DNA of 64,000 bases from an uncultured Chloroflexia bacterium (GTDB lineage Bacteria > Chloroflexota > Limnocylindria > Limnocylindrales > CSP1-4). The stretch spans positions 1,216,001-1,280,000 of the forward strand of contig CAVVJT010000007.1 in assembly GCA_963748625.1 (NCBI GenBank), given 5' to 3'. The translations under genes were made by a program, and so were the position numbers. The notes under the pieces were generated by a model. That model was not told the DNA's origin. It did no database searches and saw only the letters and a list, made by a program, of their open reading frames with translations. Shown here piece after piece: positions 12,843 to 23,423 of this stretch. Position 1 is the first letter of the stretch, and each line of letters starts with the position of its first letter.

Positions 12843-14963
12843 CTACTGGTCCCGATCTCCACGGGACCCGGTGCCTGGACCGCCCGCCGGAGTCCCGCCA
12901 TTCGGCCCCATCCCACTGCCCGCGACGGCCACGGCAGGCTCATGCTGCTCGCTCCGCCGGTACGGCACGTCCGCGATGACGGTGTGCTCCCGTCCGACGA
13001 GCGATGCCTTCAGGCGCTTCGCCGTCTGGTTGTAGAGCACCCGGTCCCACCAGCGACGCGCCACGTATTCGGGCAGCACCACGATCGTGGTCGGGGCCTC
13101 CCTGTCGGGCGGCCATGCCCGCTCGAGGACGTCGAGGTACGTGATCACCGGGCCCACGAGCGCGCGATAGGGAGACTCCACCACCACCAGTGGCACGCCC
13201 GGCAGCTGGCGCTCCCAGCGCTCGCGGAGCTTGTCAGCCTCCTCGATCTCGGTGGTGACGAAGACCGCCTGCAGCAGTGACGGGTCACTTGCGAGCGACT
13301 TGCCGAACATGACCGCCTGCACGACCGAGCGGTTGATCCCGTTCACCGGAATGACGACTCGCTGCTCTCGATGGGGCCGGTCGAACACCAGTTCGTCGTC
13401 CACCTCCAGCTCGATGGACTGGGCGTCGTACTGGCGCCGGATGAACAGCATCCCGCCGATCAGGGTGGGGATCAGCACCACCACCAGCCACGCGCCGGAC
13501 GTGAACTTGACGGACGTCACGACGATTGCGATGACGAGCGTGAGGAAGGCGCCGATCGCGTTGATCGTCAGCCGGTATTTCCAGCCCTGGTCCTTGGTGG
13601 TCAGCCAGTGCTTGACCATGCCGGACTGCGCGATCGTGAAGTCGATGAACACGCCCACCGCATACAGCGGGATCAGGGCGTGGGTGGAGCCGCCGCCGGC
13701 GATGACCACGAGGGCGGCCACGGTGCCCAGCAGGATGATGCCGGTGGAGTAGGCGAGCCGGTCGCCGCGGAACGCGAACTGGCGGGGCACGAAGCCGTCC
13801 TCGGCGAGGACGGCGGCCAGGCGCGGGAACGCGGCGAAGGAGGTGTTGGCGGCCAGGAACAGCAGCAGCGCGGTGAACGCCTGGAACAGGTAGAAGCCGA
13901 TCGTGTCGCCGTAGACGTGGTTGGCGATCTGGGCGATGACCGTCTGGCCGTGCGACGGCAGGATGTGGAAGCTCGAGGCCAGGAACGTGATCCCGATGAA
14001 CAGGGCGGCGAGGATGGCGGCCATCGCCATCAGCGTCCGAGCGGCGTTGCGGGACTCGGGCGGCTGGAACGCGGGCACTCCTGTCGCGATCGCCTCGGTG
14101 CCGGTGAGGGCGACGGCGCCCGACGCGAAGGCCCGGATCAGGATCAGGAACGTGACGTCGGTGGCGGTCTGGCTCATGGCCGCGATGACCTCTTCCGACG
14201 GGGCCGGGCCCGTGTCGCCCATGAACAGGATGCGGAAGGTGCCCATGCCGATCATCAGGAAGGCTGAGCCCAGGAACAGGTAGGTGGGGATCGCGAAGAT
14301 GTTCCCCGCCTCCCGCAGGCCGCGCAGGTTGCCCAGCGTGATCAGGCCGATCGCGGTCACGCCGATCACGACCTTCCAGTCGTAGAGCGCAGGCACGGCC
14401 GACGCGATCTGCTCCACCGCGGACGAGGTGGAGACCGCCACCGTGAGGGTGTAGTCGATCAGCAGCGCGGACGCGGCGATGAGCGATGCCATGCGGCCGA
14501 AGTTCGCCTTTGACACCGAGTAGGAGCCGCCGCCCGTGGGGTAGGCGTAGCAGACCTGGCGGTAGCTGAAGGCGACGATCGCGAGCAGGATCGCGATCGC
14601 GATCGCCACCTCGATCGAGAAGAAGAACGCGGCCCCGCCGACCCCCGCGGCGATGAATGCCAGCAGGATCTCCTCGGTTGCGTACGCCGAGGATGAGATC
14701 GCGTCCGAGCTGAAGATCGCGAGGGCCTTCTTCTTGGACAGGCGCTCCCCGAGCTCCTCCTCGTTGGCCAGCGGCCGTCCCAGCAGCGTGTGCTTGAGCC
14801 GCATCGTGAAGCGGCCGGTGGAGGTGGTGGGGGCGTTGGCGGCGGCCTTGGCCGTGAGCTGGCCCGGCCCGGTGTAGCGGAAGTAGGGCGAGTGGTGGCG
14901 CTCCACGCGGACGCGCTTGTCGCCGGGCTTGCGACCCTGGACTGGACGCCTGCCTCCGATCAT
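12843..14963 (-). CDS. APC-family permease, KimA/YdaO-like K+ importer
   Basis: ERLSKKKALAIFSSDAISSSAYATEEI, YPTGGGSY, GTEAI..GVPAF, LIPLYAVGVF, C-terminal SPYR..PE....WW..LYNQTA. Confidence 0.9.
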   Translation of the reverse strand: MIGGRRPVQGRKPGDKRVRVERHHSPYFRYTGPGQLTAKAAANAPTTSTGRFTMRLKHTLLGRPLANEEELGERLSKKKALAIFSSDAISSSAYATEEILLAFIAAGVGGAAFFFSIEVAIAIAILLAIVAFSYRQVCYAYPTGGGSYSVSKANFGRMASLIAASALLIDYTLTVAVSTSSAVEQIASAVPALYDWKVVIGVTAIGLITLGNLRGLREAGNIFAIPTYLFLGSAFLMIGMGTFRILFMGDTGPAPSEEVIAAMSQTATDVTFLILIRAFASGAVALTGTEAIATGVPAFQPPESRNAARTLMAMAAILAALFIGITFLASSFHILPSHGQTVIAQIANHVYGDTIGFYLFQAFTALLLFLAANTSFAAFPRLAAVLAEDGFVPRQFAFRGDRLAYSTGIILLGTVAALVVIAGGGSTHALIPLYAVGVFIDFTIAQSGMVKHWLTTKDQGWKYRLTINAIGAFLTLVIAIVVTSVKFTSGAWLVVVLIPTLIGGMLFIRRQYDAQSIELEVDDELVFDRPHREQRVVIPVNGINRSVVQAVMFGKSLASDPSLLQAVFVTTEIEEADKLRERWERQLPGVPLVVVESPYRALVGPVITYLDVLERAWPPDREAPTTIVVLPEYVARRWWDRVLYNQTAKRLKASLVGREHTVIADVPYRRSEQHEPAVAVAGSGMGPNGGTPAGGPGTGSRGDRDQ

Positions 14964-14967
14964 CGGC

Positions 14968-15693
14968 TCACAGTCCGTACGCCAGGCGCGCCACCAGGCG
15001 CTCCGGCAGCTCGAGGCCGCTCATGCGTGCCTGGACCGCCGCGATGTCGTAGGACGTGCGACGCCATGTGGCCTCCCCGGCCTCCGTGTCGAGCAGCATC
15101 CATGACGCGGTCGGGATGCCATCCCGCGGCTGGCCGACGCTGCCCGGGTTGAGGAGCACCCGGCGGCCCTCGTCGAACCCGACCTTGGAGCCCGACCCGG
15201 GGCTCATCGTCTCGAGGCGCCCGTCCTCCTCGATGTAGGCGATCGGGAGATGTGTGTGGCCGTGCAGGCCGTGCGGCGTGTCCATGGCCGCCATCCCGGC
15301 CCGGGCGACAGGTGTGGACGTGACGTACTCCCAGATCGGATCGCGCGGGCTGCCGTGGACGAGCGTGAACCCCTCGCGTTCGAGTCGTTCGGGCAAGGCG
15401 GTCAGCCAGGCCTTCGTCTCGTCCCCGATGTGCTCGCGCGTCCAGATCATGGCATTGCGTGCATCCACGTTGAAGTAGTCGATCTCGCGGCCGCCGATCG
15501 CGGCGGCGTCATGGTTGCCCCGCACCCCGATCGCACCGATCTCGCGCAGCCGGGCGACCACACCGTCGGGATCGGGACCGTAGCCCACGACGTCGCCCAA
15601 CTGCCAGACCTCATCCACGGACGGGACCTCGGCGAGGACGGCGTCGAGCGCCACGAGGTTCGCGTGGATGTCGGAGAAGACCGCGACACGCAT
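14968..15693 (-). CDS. Metallophosphoesterase (calcineurin-like, YfcE-type)
   Basis: SDIHAN, GDVVGYG, RGNHD, HGSP, GHTH, NPGSVGQPRDG; start ATG 15693. Confidence 0.92.
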   Translation of the reverse strand: MRVAVFSDIHANLVALDAVLAEVPSVDEVWQLGDVVGYGPDPDGVVARLREIGAIGVRGNHDAAAIGGREIDYFNVDARNAMIWTREHIGDETKAWLTALPERLEREGFTLVHGSPRDPIWEYVTSTPVARAGMAAMDTPHGLHGHTHLPIAYIEEDGRLETMSPGSGSKVGFDEGRRVLLNPGSVGQPRDGIPTASWMLLDTEAGEATWRRTSYDIAAVQARMSGLELPERLVARLAYGL

Positions 15694-15760
15694 TCCGGCA
15701 GGGTAGCGCGGCGGCGCGCCCCGTGGAGGGTCAAGCGTCTCGCGGATGCCGTCGGCGGTC

Positions 15761-16558
15761 CTACAGCGGGTGGCGCTTGCGCTCGGCCGGATCGCGCGGG
15801 AACCGGGCATCGACGGGCCCGCCGCGTGGCACCACGATCAACCGGTGGGCCTCGAGGCCGGGGATCGTGACGGGCACCACCTCCACCGGTCCCGCCGCCA
15901 GCGCCCGGAGCGCGCCTTCTGCCGCGGCGATCTCGTCGTCCACGGGCGCCCGCTTCCAGGCGACGAGGACGCCGCCTGGGGCGACGAGGGGCAGGGCGAT
16001 CTCCACGAGCTCCGCCAGCGAGGACACTGCCCGCGCGGTGACGACGGGCCAGGCACCCCGGTCGCGCCGGTCTCGCGCGAGGACCTCGGAGCGGACCGTC
16101 TCGGCGGCCACGCGCCGCTCGAGGCCGGTCGCCTCGATCACGGTCTGGAGGAACCGCACCTTCTTGCCCACCGAGTCCACCAGGAGCGCCCGGTCCGAGC
16201 CCAGCGCGACGGCCAGGGGAAGGCCTGGGAAGCCCCCGCCCGAGCCGATGTCGAGCAGCCGGCTCACGCCCCGTGTCCGCAGGAGCGGGAGGGCGGAAAG
16301 GCTGTCGAGGACGTGCAGCCGGGCGACATCGGCCGGCTCCCGGATCGCGGTGAGGTTGATCGCGTCCGTCCAGGCGAGGAGGAACCGGACGTGGGCGTCG
16401 ATGGTCGCGCGGGCGCCCGGATCCAGCTCCGCGCCGAGCGCGCGAAGACCGGCGTCGACGATCTCGTCGTACGCGTCGGGGAGCTGGGGCAGGTCCAGAA
16501 CGCGCGTCGGGAGCGGACCTCTCGGCCGGTCCAGGGGCACCCTCCTCTGGGTAGGCAC
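15761..16558 (-). CDS. rsmG: 16S rRNA m7G527 methyltransferase
   Basis: INLTAI, HVLDSL, DIGSGGGFPG, DSVGKKVRFL, TARAV. Confidence 0.93.
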   Translation of the reverse strand: MPTQRRVPLDRPRGPLPTRVLDLPQLPDAYDEIVDAGLRALGAELDPGARATIDAHVRFLLAWTDAINLTAIREPADVARLHVLDSLSALPLLRTRGVSRLLDIGSGGGFPGLPLAVALGSDRALLVDSVGKKVRFLQTVIEATGLERRVAAETVRSEVLARDRRDRGAWPVVTARAVSSLAELVEIALPLVAPGGVLVAWKRAPVDDEIAAAEGALRALAAGPVEVVPVTIPGLEAHRLIVVPRGGPVDARFPRDPAERKRHPL

Positions 16559-16747
16559 TCGGAACCGTCCGGGAGCCGCTCCCGGCGTCGTTCATGCACG
16601 ACGGCCGGCGTCGACCCGGTTGTGCACCACCCGGTCGGTTCCGGTCCGGGTTTCCCCGTGACCCCTCGCGGATGGTGCTTCCCGATGCGCGCGTGCTGCG
16701 TGCGGAGTGCGGAATTTAGGCTCGCACACCGGAGGCGTCAAGGGGAG

Positions 16748-16789
16748 TTGTCCACGATTCGCGCCCCGGTGGACGATCGCTGTGGATAA
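16748..16789. promoter_or_regulatory. DnaA-box cluster
   Basis: Perfect TGTGGATAA (reverse complement of TTATCCACA) at 16781-16789; TTGTCCACG at 16748-16756; weaker GGTGGACGA at 16768-16776. Confidence 0.55.
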
Positions 16790-17051
16790 CCGGGCGCCGG
16801 TCACCCGGGCCGCCAAGCCGCGGTCGCCAGGCCGCCGCTGTGAGCGCCGTTCCGGCACACCGTGCGGTCCCGTCGTCGATTGCTCGGCCAGCCCGCAGGA
16901 TGTGGGCCATCCGGGTGGGCCAAAGGCACAGACTGCGCAACGTTCGAGCATCCAACGACGTGGGCGCCCGGTGTGCGCGATGGATGCACGCGAGCGGGTC
17001 AAGTCCCAGCGCGTGGGGTGAGCAGGGATTGGCTACATCAGGCCGGCCGCG

Positions 17052-17429
17052 TCAGCCGGTGTTCTTGGTTCCCCGCACCGGTCGACCCAGGGTCCGGCGG
17101 ACCACGTCCACCACCTCGTCCACGTACCTGTCGGCCTCGCCTCGCTCGGCGGCCGTGCGCACGCAGCCCTGGACGTGGTCCTCGAGGATCATGATCGACA
17201 CCGCATCGATCGCCGCACGGAGCGCCGCGGTCTGCTGGAGGATGTCCACGCAGTACTCCTCGCGCTCGATCATCCGCGCGATGCCGCGGACCTGGCCCTC
17301 GATCCGGCTCAGGCGCCGGACGAGCTGCGCCTTGTCCTTGCTGTAGCTGTGGCGGAACGAGGCATTCGCACCGTGGCCCGCATGGGCGCCGTCATGCGCG
17401 GAAGCGGGCCGGGAGGGCGTTTCAGGCAT
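17052..17429 (-). CDS. csoR: CsoR/RcnR-family metal-sensing repressor
   Basis: RLSRIEGQVRGI.RM....YC.DILQQ...EDHVQGC (C-H-C); start ATG 17429. Confidence 0.88.
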   Translation of the reverse strand: MPETPSRPASAHDGAHAGHGANASFRHSYSKDKAQLVRRLSRIEGQVRGIARMIEREEYCVDILQQTAALRAAIDAVSIMILEDHVQGCVRTAAERGEADRYVDEVVDVVRRTLGRPVRGTKNTG

Positions 17430-17437
17430 GTCCCGAT

Positions 17438-17456
17438 GATACCCCATGGGGGTATC
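17438..17456. promoter_or_regulatory. CsoR operator overlapping the csoR -10
   Basis: GATACCCC-ATG-GGGGTATC matches the TACCC..GGGTA C/G-tract operators known for CsoR; minus-strand TATCAT lies 6 nt before the ATG. Confidence 0.8.
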
Positions 17457-17547
17457 CGATTCCGGGGCGGTCGCCGGGGTGTCCGGGAGGCCATCCTTCG
17501 GTAGACTCAGGGTCGATGAACCACCTCGGATTCCGGGCACGCCACGA

Positions 17548-18288
17548 ATGGGCAGGCGACTCCCGGCCGGGTGCCGCGTGAGCGCCGCACCGGTGCTGGC
17601 ACGCCCCGCCTTCGCCCACGCGAGCGAGGCCGAGCTCGCCCGGATCCTTGACTACTACCAGGTCCGCTGGGAGTACGAGCCGGACACCTTCCCGATCGGC
17701 TGGAGCCTGGCCGGGGAGGTGGTGGAGAGCTTCTCCCCCGACTTCTACCTGCCGGACATGGACCTGTACGTGGAGCTGACCACGCTCAAGCAGAAGCTGG
17801 TCCGCAAGAAGAACCGCAAGCTGCGCCGCCTGCGCGAGCTCTACCCGGATATCCGCATCAAGCTCTTCTATGCGCGCGACTTCCGCATGCTGCTGCTCAA
17901 GTTCGGCCGGCTCGCGCTGCACGACGAGCTCTCGGGGACCGTCGGCCAGGCGACGCCGCCGCGCCCGGCGGACATGATCGTCACCGAGGCGGGCGAGCAT
18001 GCCGCGGAGCTCGTGGCGCTCGCGCTCGGGCCGAGCCCGGCCGCCGCCGGGCCGGTCCCGGCCGCCGACGCCGTGGTGGCTGCCGCCGACGCCGTGGTGG
18101 CTGCTGCCGTGATCGCCGCCGGTCCCGCCATCCCGGCCGTGGACACCGTCCACCAGGTCGACGGGGAGCCCGGCACCCCGCACATGCCTGCCGGGCAGGG
18201 GCGCGGCCGTCGTCGTGGACGTCGCCGTCGCCGCGAGGCCGCGGCGCTGACCCTCGCCCCCGCTTCGGCGGATGGGGCCGGCATATGA
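17548..18288 (+). CDS. Hypothetical protein with a restriction-endonuclease-like N-domain
   Basis: FAHASE..ARILDYY...WEYEP..F...FSPDFYLP..DLYVELTT; low-complexity tail; start uncertain (17548 or 17578). Confidence 0.7.
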   Translation: MGRRLPAGCRVSAAPVLARPAFAHASEAELARILDYYQVRWEYEPDTFPIGWSLAGEVVESFSPDFYLPDMDLYVELTTLKQKLVRKKNRKLRRLRELYPDIRIKLFYARDFRMLLLKFGRLALHDELSGTVGQATPPRPADMIVTEAGEHAAELVALALGPSPAAAGPVPAADAVVAAADAVVAAAVIAAGPAIPAVDTVHQVDGEPGTPHMPAGQGRGRRRGRRRRREAAALTLAPASADGAGI

Positions 18289-18370
18289 GCCCGGTCGCCG
18301 TGCGCTCCGGCGCCGGACAGGCGATCATCGACCTGCACCCCGTCCCTCCGGAGGCAGTACCAGTCCCGTC

Positions 18371-18937
18371 ATGAGCTCATCACCCGACATGCTCGCCGAC
18401 ATCGGTGACGTCCTCCTCAGCGAGGAGGCCATCGCCAAGCGCGTCCAGGAGTTGGGCGCCCAGATCGCGCAGGACTACGCCGGCCGCACCCTGACGCTCG
18501 TGAGCGTGCTCAAGGGCTCGCTGCCGTTCATGGCGGACCTGATGCGCCAGATCCCGCTGCCCCTCCGGATCGACCTGATGGAGGTCAGCTCGTACGGAGG
18601 GACCGCCACCGAGTCGTCAGGCCTGGTCCGGATCATCAAGGACCTGTCCAAGAGCATCGACGGTGAGGACGTGCTCCTGGTCGAGGACATCATCGACACC
18701 GGGCTCACCCTCAACTACCTCGTCCGGTACCTGAAGGGCAAGAACCCCAACTCGCTGAAGATCTGCACCCTGCTCGACAAGCCGGCCCGCCGCCTCGTCG
18801 AAATCCCGGTGGACTACCAGGGCTTCGAGATCCCGGACCAGTTCGTGGTCGGCTACGGCCTCGACTACGGCGAGCTCTACCGGAACCTGCGCTTCGTGGG
18901 CGTGCTGCGTCCCGAGGTCTACGGGGCCGCCGACTGA
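18371..18937 (+). CDS. hpt: Hypoxanthine phosphoribosyltransferase
   Basis: VLKGS, VLLVEDIIDTGLTL PRPP motif, LLDKP, FVVGYGLDY. Confidence 0.96.
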   Translation: MSSSPDMLADIGDVLLSEEAIAKRVQELGAQIAQDYAGRTLTLVSVLKGSLPFMADLMRQIPLPLRIDLMEVSSYGGTATESSGLVRIIKDLSKSIDGEDVLLVEDIIDTGLTLNYLVRYLKGKNPNSLKICTLLDKPARRLVEIPVDYQGFEIPDQFVVGYGLDYGELYRNLRFVGVLRPEVYGAAD

Positions 18938-19359
18938 TGCACCGCCGCTCGCTGGGTCATGGGCGGCGGCTCGCCGCGATCGGGGCGCTCGTGCTGATCG
19001 TGGGCTGCCTGCTGCCGTGGTTCACCGTGGGCGGCGATGGTGGCCTGCCGCCGCAATCGTTCCGCTCGGTGGACTACCTGCCGGGCGTGATCGCGTTCCT
19101 GGCGGGTCTCGCGACCCTGGCCCTGGTGATCCTGCCGTTTGCGATGGGCCCCCGTCCCTCCGGGCTGGACCGCGGCCTTGTCTTCGGCATCCTCGCGGTC
19201 GCCGCGCTGCTCGGGGTCACGGTATGGCTTCCGGTCGCGCTGGCAGCCCCGCAGGGCCTGCTCCCTGATCGGGCGTACGGGTTCTGGATCTCCCTGGTGG
19301 GCGCGATCATCATGTGCCGCGCCGCGTACGACATCGGGCGGGAGGCGCGTCCTCACTGA
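18937..19359 (+). CDS. Small four-TM membrane protein
   Basis: Hydrophobic segments, LLPWF and YGFW motifs; TGATG coupling to hpt. Confidence 0.75.
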   Translation: MHRRSLGHGRRLAAIGALVLIVGCLLPWFTVGGDGGLPPQSFRSVDYLPGVIAFLAGLATLALVILPFAMGPRPSGLDRGLVFGILAVAALLGVTVWLPVALAAPQGLLPDRAYGFWISLVGAIIMCRAAYDIGREARPH

Positions 19360-19388
19360 GAGGCCCGCCCACGTGCAGGGCTTTCGCC

Positions 19389-19461
19389 GGCGCGCAGCGG
19401 CCGGTCACACTGTGCGCTCCTTGGCGCGCACCGGCCAGTCACCCTGTGCGCTCCTGGCGCG
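19389..19461. repeat. Imperfect 34-bp tandem repeat in an intergenic region
   Basis: GGCGCGCAGCGGCCGGTCACACTGTGCGCTCCTT / GGCGCGCACCGGCCAGTCACCCTGTGCGCTCCT. Confidence 0.6.
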
Positions 19462-19653
19462 GTGTGAGCGGCTGACGCGCAGGGAATGCTCCCAGCAGCC
19501 CCTTCCAGCGCCCGAGCTGCGCACGTGGTGCTCACCCAGCGCTGCGACTGCCGGGTGTGGCTGGCCCGTGAGCACCGCCTCGGCCCTGCCTCCGGCCGCC
19601 TGATGGCCGCCTCGGCACCGCCTCCGGCCGCCTCGTCAGCCCGGGGGCCACGG

Positions 19654-20430
19654 TCACGGCGTCGTTGTGGGCGGCTCCCCTCCGTCCGTCTCCGCATCCC
19701 GATGCGACCTGACCACCTCGATGCCGAGATAGCGCTCGAAGGAGCCACCGGGAGCCACTAGCCGGATCACGTAGCGGCCGGGGGCCCACGGCGGGCGTCG
19801 CCCCACGGATTGTGGAATCGGGAGCCAGAGCTCGCCGAGGGCATCGGGCGCCGCGGGCTCCAGGCGGTCGAACGCGATGGCGCGCGGCCCGTCGGGTCCG
19901 ATGCGGTACAGGGTTCCCACGGTGGCCAGCGGTGGCCGTTCCGATCCGGTCACGGGAGCGCACCACCCGAGCGCCGTCACCGTCGAGGTGACGACCGAGA
20001 CGAAGGGGATGGCCGGATCGCCGGGACCGGAGGCGATCACCGCGTCGGCGGCCGACCAGACGCGGGCTGTCCGGCCGCCCCAGTCCTGGACCGTGGCGAG
20101 GCGCCATGTCCGCGGGTAGGCGCAGGTGGACTCGGCGACCGCCCATGCCGGTGTGGTTGGCCTCGTGGTCGCGGCACCGCTCGCGGCCGGCCGGGTGGCT
20201 CCCGCATCACCCGCAATCCCCTGGGTGGGTCCGGCCTGCGGCTCGGGCATCCCGCCTCCCGGCGCCAGCCAGTCCCAAGGCCGGACGACGCCAACGAGAA
20301 AGGCCGCCGCAACGAGGAGGAAGACCAGCACGGGTCCCGGTCCCTTGCGCCCGAGGCGCTCGGTTGCGGGGAGCACGACGCGCTCGTCGTGCTCCTGCCC
20401 GTGCGGCTCGCCTCCCTGTCCGGCGGCCAC
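19654..20430 (-). CDS. Membrane-anchored hypothetical protein
   Basis: Single N-terminal TM (VLVFLLVAAAFLVGVVRPW), P/A/T-rich linker, Trp-rich globular part; follows the liv operon. Confidence 0.6.
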   Translation of the reverse strand: MAAGQGGEPHGQEHDERVVLPATERLGRKGPGPVLVFLLVAAAFLVGVVRPWDWLAPGGGMPEPQAGPTQGIAGDAGATRPAASGAATTRPTTPAWAVAESTCAYPRTWRLATVQDWGGRTARVWSAADAVIASGPGDPAIPFVSVVTSTVTALGWCAPVTGSERPPLATVGTLYRIGPDGPRAIAFDRLEPAAPDALGELWLPIPQSVGRRPPWAPGRYVIRLVAPGGSFERYLGIEVVRSHRDAETDGGEPPTTTP

Positions 20431-20464
20431 GATCGTGTCCCTGGCGAGGTGCTCCCCGCCGGGG

Positions 20465-21207
20465 TCAGTCCTCCCCGAGGTAGGCCTTGCGGACCGTCTC
20501 GTTGACCATCAGGTCACTGGACGGGCCGGAGAGGACCACCTCACCGGTCTGCAGCACGTAGCCGCGGTTGGCGATCGAGAGCGCCTGGAGGGCGTTCTGC
20601 TCCACGAGGAGGATCGTCATGCCGCGGGAGTTGATCTCGCGGATGATCGAGAAGATCTGCTGGACCAGGATCGGCGCCAGGCCAAGCGACGGCTCGTCCA
20701 GCAGGAGGATGGACGGCCGGGTCATCAGCGCGCGGCCGATGGCGAGCATCTGCTGCTCGCCGCCCGACAGCGTGCCGCCCTTCTGGAGGTGGCGTTCCTG
20801 GAGGCGCGGGAAGAGCTCGTAGACGTGCGCGACCTGCTCCTCGTTCTCAGCCTTGCTGCGCGTGAACCCGCCCATGAGCAGGTTCTCGTACACGGTGAGG
20901 CGCGAGAAGATCCGTCGGCCCTCGGGCGCGTGCGCGACACCCCGCGTCACGAGCTCGTGCGCCGCGACGTGGCTGATGTCCTTGCCCGCCAGCTCCACGG
21001 TTCCCGTGCGGGGGTGGAGGAGGCCGGAGACGGTCCGCAGCGTCGTGGTCTTGCCAGCGCCGTTGGCGCCGATCAGGGTGACGATCTCGCCCTGGCGGAC
21101 ATCGAGGGTGATGCCGCGCAGCGCGTGGATGGCACCGTAGTAGCTGTTGACGTCGTGGAGCCGGAGGAGGACGTCAGTCCCCGCCGGCGCGGGTGCAGTC
21201 GGGGCGG

Positions 21208-21211
<4 letters not shown>
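20465..21211 (-). CDS. livF: Branched-chain amino acid ABC ATPase
   Basis: GANGAGKTT, PEGRRIF, LSGGEQQMLAIGRAL, LLDEPSLGLAP, VEQN. Confidence 0.95.
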
Positions 21212-22214
<1,003 letters not shown>

Positions 22215-22218
<4 letters not shown>

Positions 22219-23423
22219 CGCTGGCCCTCCTCGGTGGTTCCCTCGGCCGTCGTCATCTCGTCCTGACCGGGCTCGGTGACGGTGGTATGCAGTTCGCGCT
22301 TGCGGCGACTGTTGGGGAAGAGACCTTCCGGTCGCAACAGCATCATCGCCACCAGCGCCAGGCCGTAGAGCAGGAACTGGAGCTGGATGAAGTCAACGTC
22401 CTGGAGGAACGGGATCTTGGTGGCGTCGAAGAACTGGTTGAGGGACTTGAGGAGCACGTTGTTGATCGTGTAGATCACGAACGCTCCCACGGCCACGCCC
22501 CAGAAGTTGCCCATGCCGCCCAGGACGACCATCGCGAGCACCGTGAATGACACGATGAACGTGAACTGGTCGGGCGAGACGGTGACGAGCTTGCTTGCGT
22601 TGAACACGCCGGCGATGCCCGCGGTGGACGCGCCGAGCGCGAAGGCGAGCAGCTTGGTGGTGACGGTGTTGATGCCGTTGGCGGCCGCGGCGAGCTCGTC
22701 CTCACGGATGGCCTCCCAGGCACGCCCGAGGCGGCTCTCCACCAGGCGGTAGCAGAGCATCATCACCACGGCGACGATCGCCAGCATCGTCAGGTAGTAC
22801 GGCCACGGGTTGACGCCCGAGAAGCTGCCGATGATCGGGAGCGACGGGCGGACCAGGCCGCCGATGCCATTGGTGCCGTTGGTGACGGCGTCCGCGTTGA
22901 GGAACACGATCGGCACGATCTCGCCGAAGCCCAGGGTCACGATGGCGAGGTAGTCGCCGCGGAGCCGCAGGGTCGGTGCGCCGAGGAGGATGCCGAAGGT
23001 CGCCGCCACCAGGGCGCCGCCGATCAGCATCGGCCAGAACAGGTAGCCCGCGCCTTCCTGACCAAGGGTCTCGATGATCGGGACGCCGATGATGCCGTTG
23101 CCGAACGGCGAGGCGACGTAGGCATAGGCGTACGCGCCGATCGCGAAGAACGCGGCGTAGCCGAGGTCGAGCAGGCCCGCGACGCCCACGACCAGGTTCA
23201 GGCCCAGGGCCAGCAGCACGAAGACGCCGGCGTTGGTGTAGCCGTCGATCCAGGCATTGGTGGGCTGGGCGAGCTGGAGGATCGGGGTGTATGCCAGCAG
23301 CGGAAGGAGCGCGCCCACCAGCGCCATGCCGAACAGGATCGACCACGAGCGGTGGCGCGACGCGCGGGTCCGCAGGCCGCCGAAGCGCTGCGGCTTGGCG
23401 ACGGGGATCTCTGCGATGCTCAT
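22215..23423 (-). CDS. livM: Branched-chain amino acid ABC permease
   Basis: GLNLVVG.AGLLDLGY, LRLRGDYLAIVTLGFGE, AIREDE, LLRPEGL. Confidence 0.95.

Noticed and set aside
14964-15760. c-di-AMP (ydaO) riboswitch upstream of the KimA-like gene
   Set aside because: No intergenic room (4-nt gap) and no GCTGAA...GGGGTGAA consensus seen.
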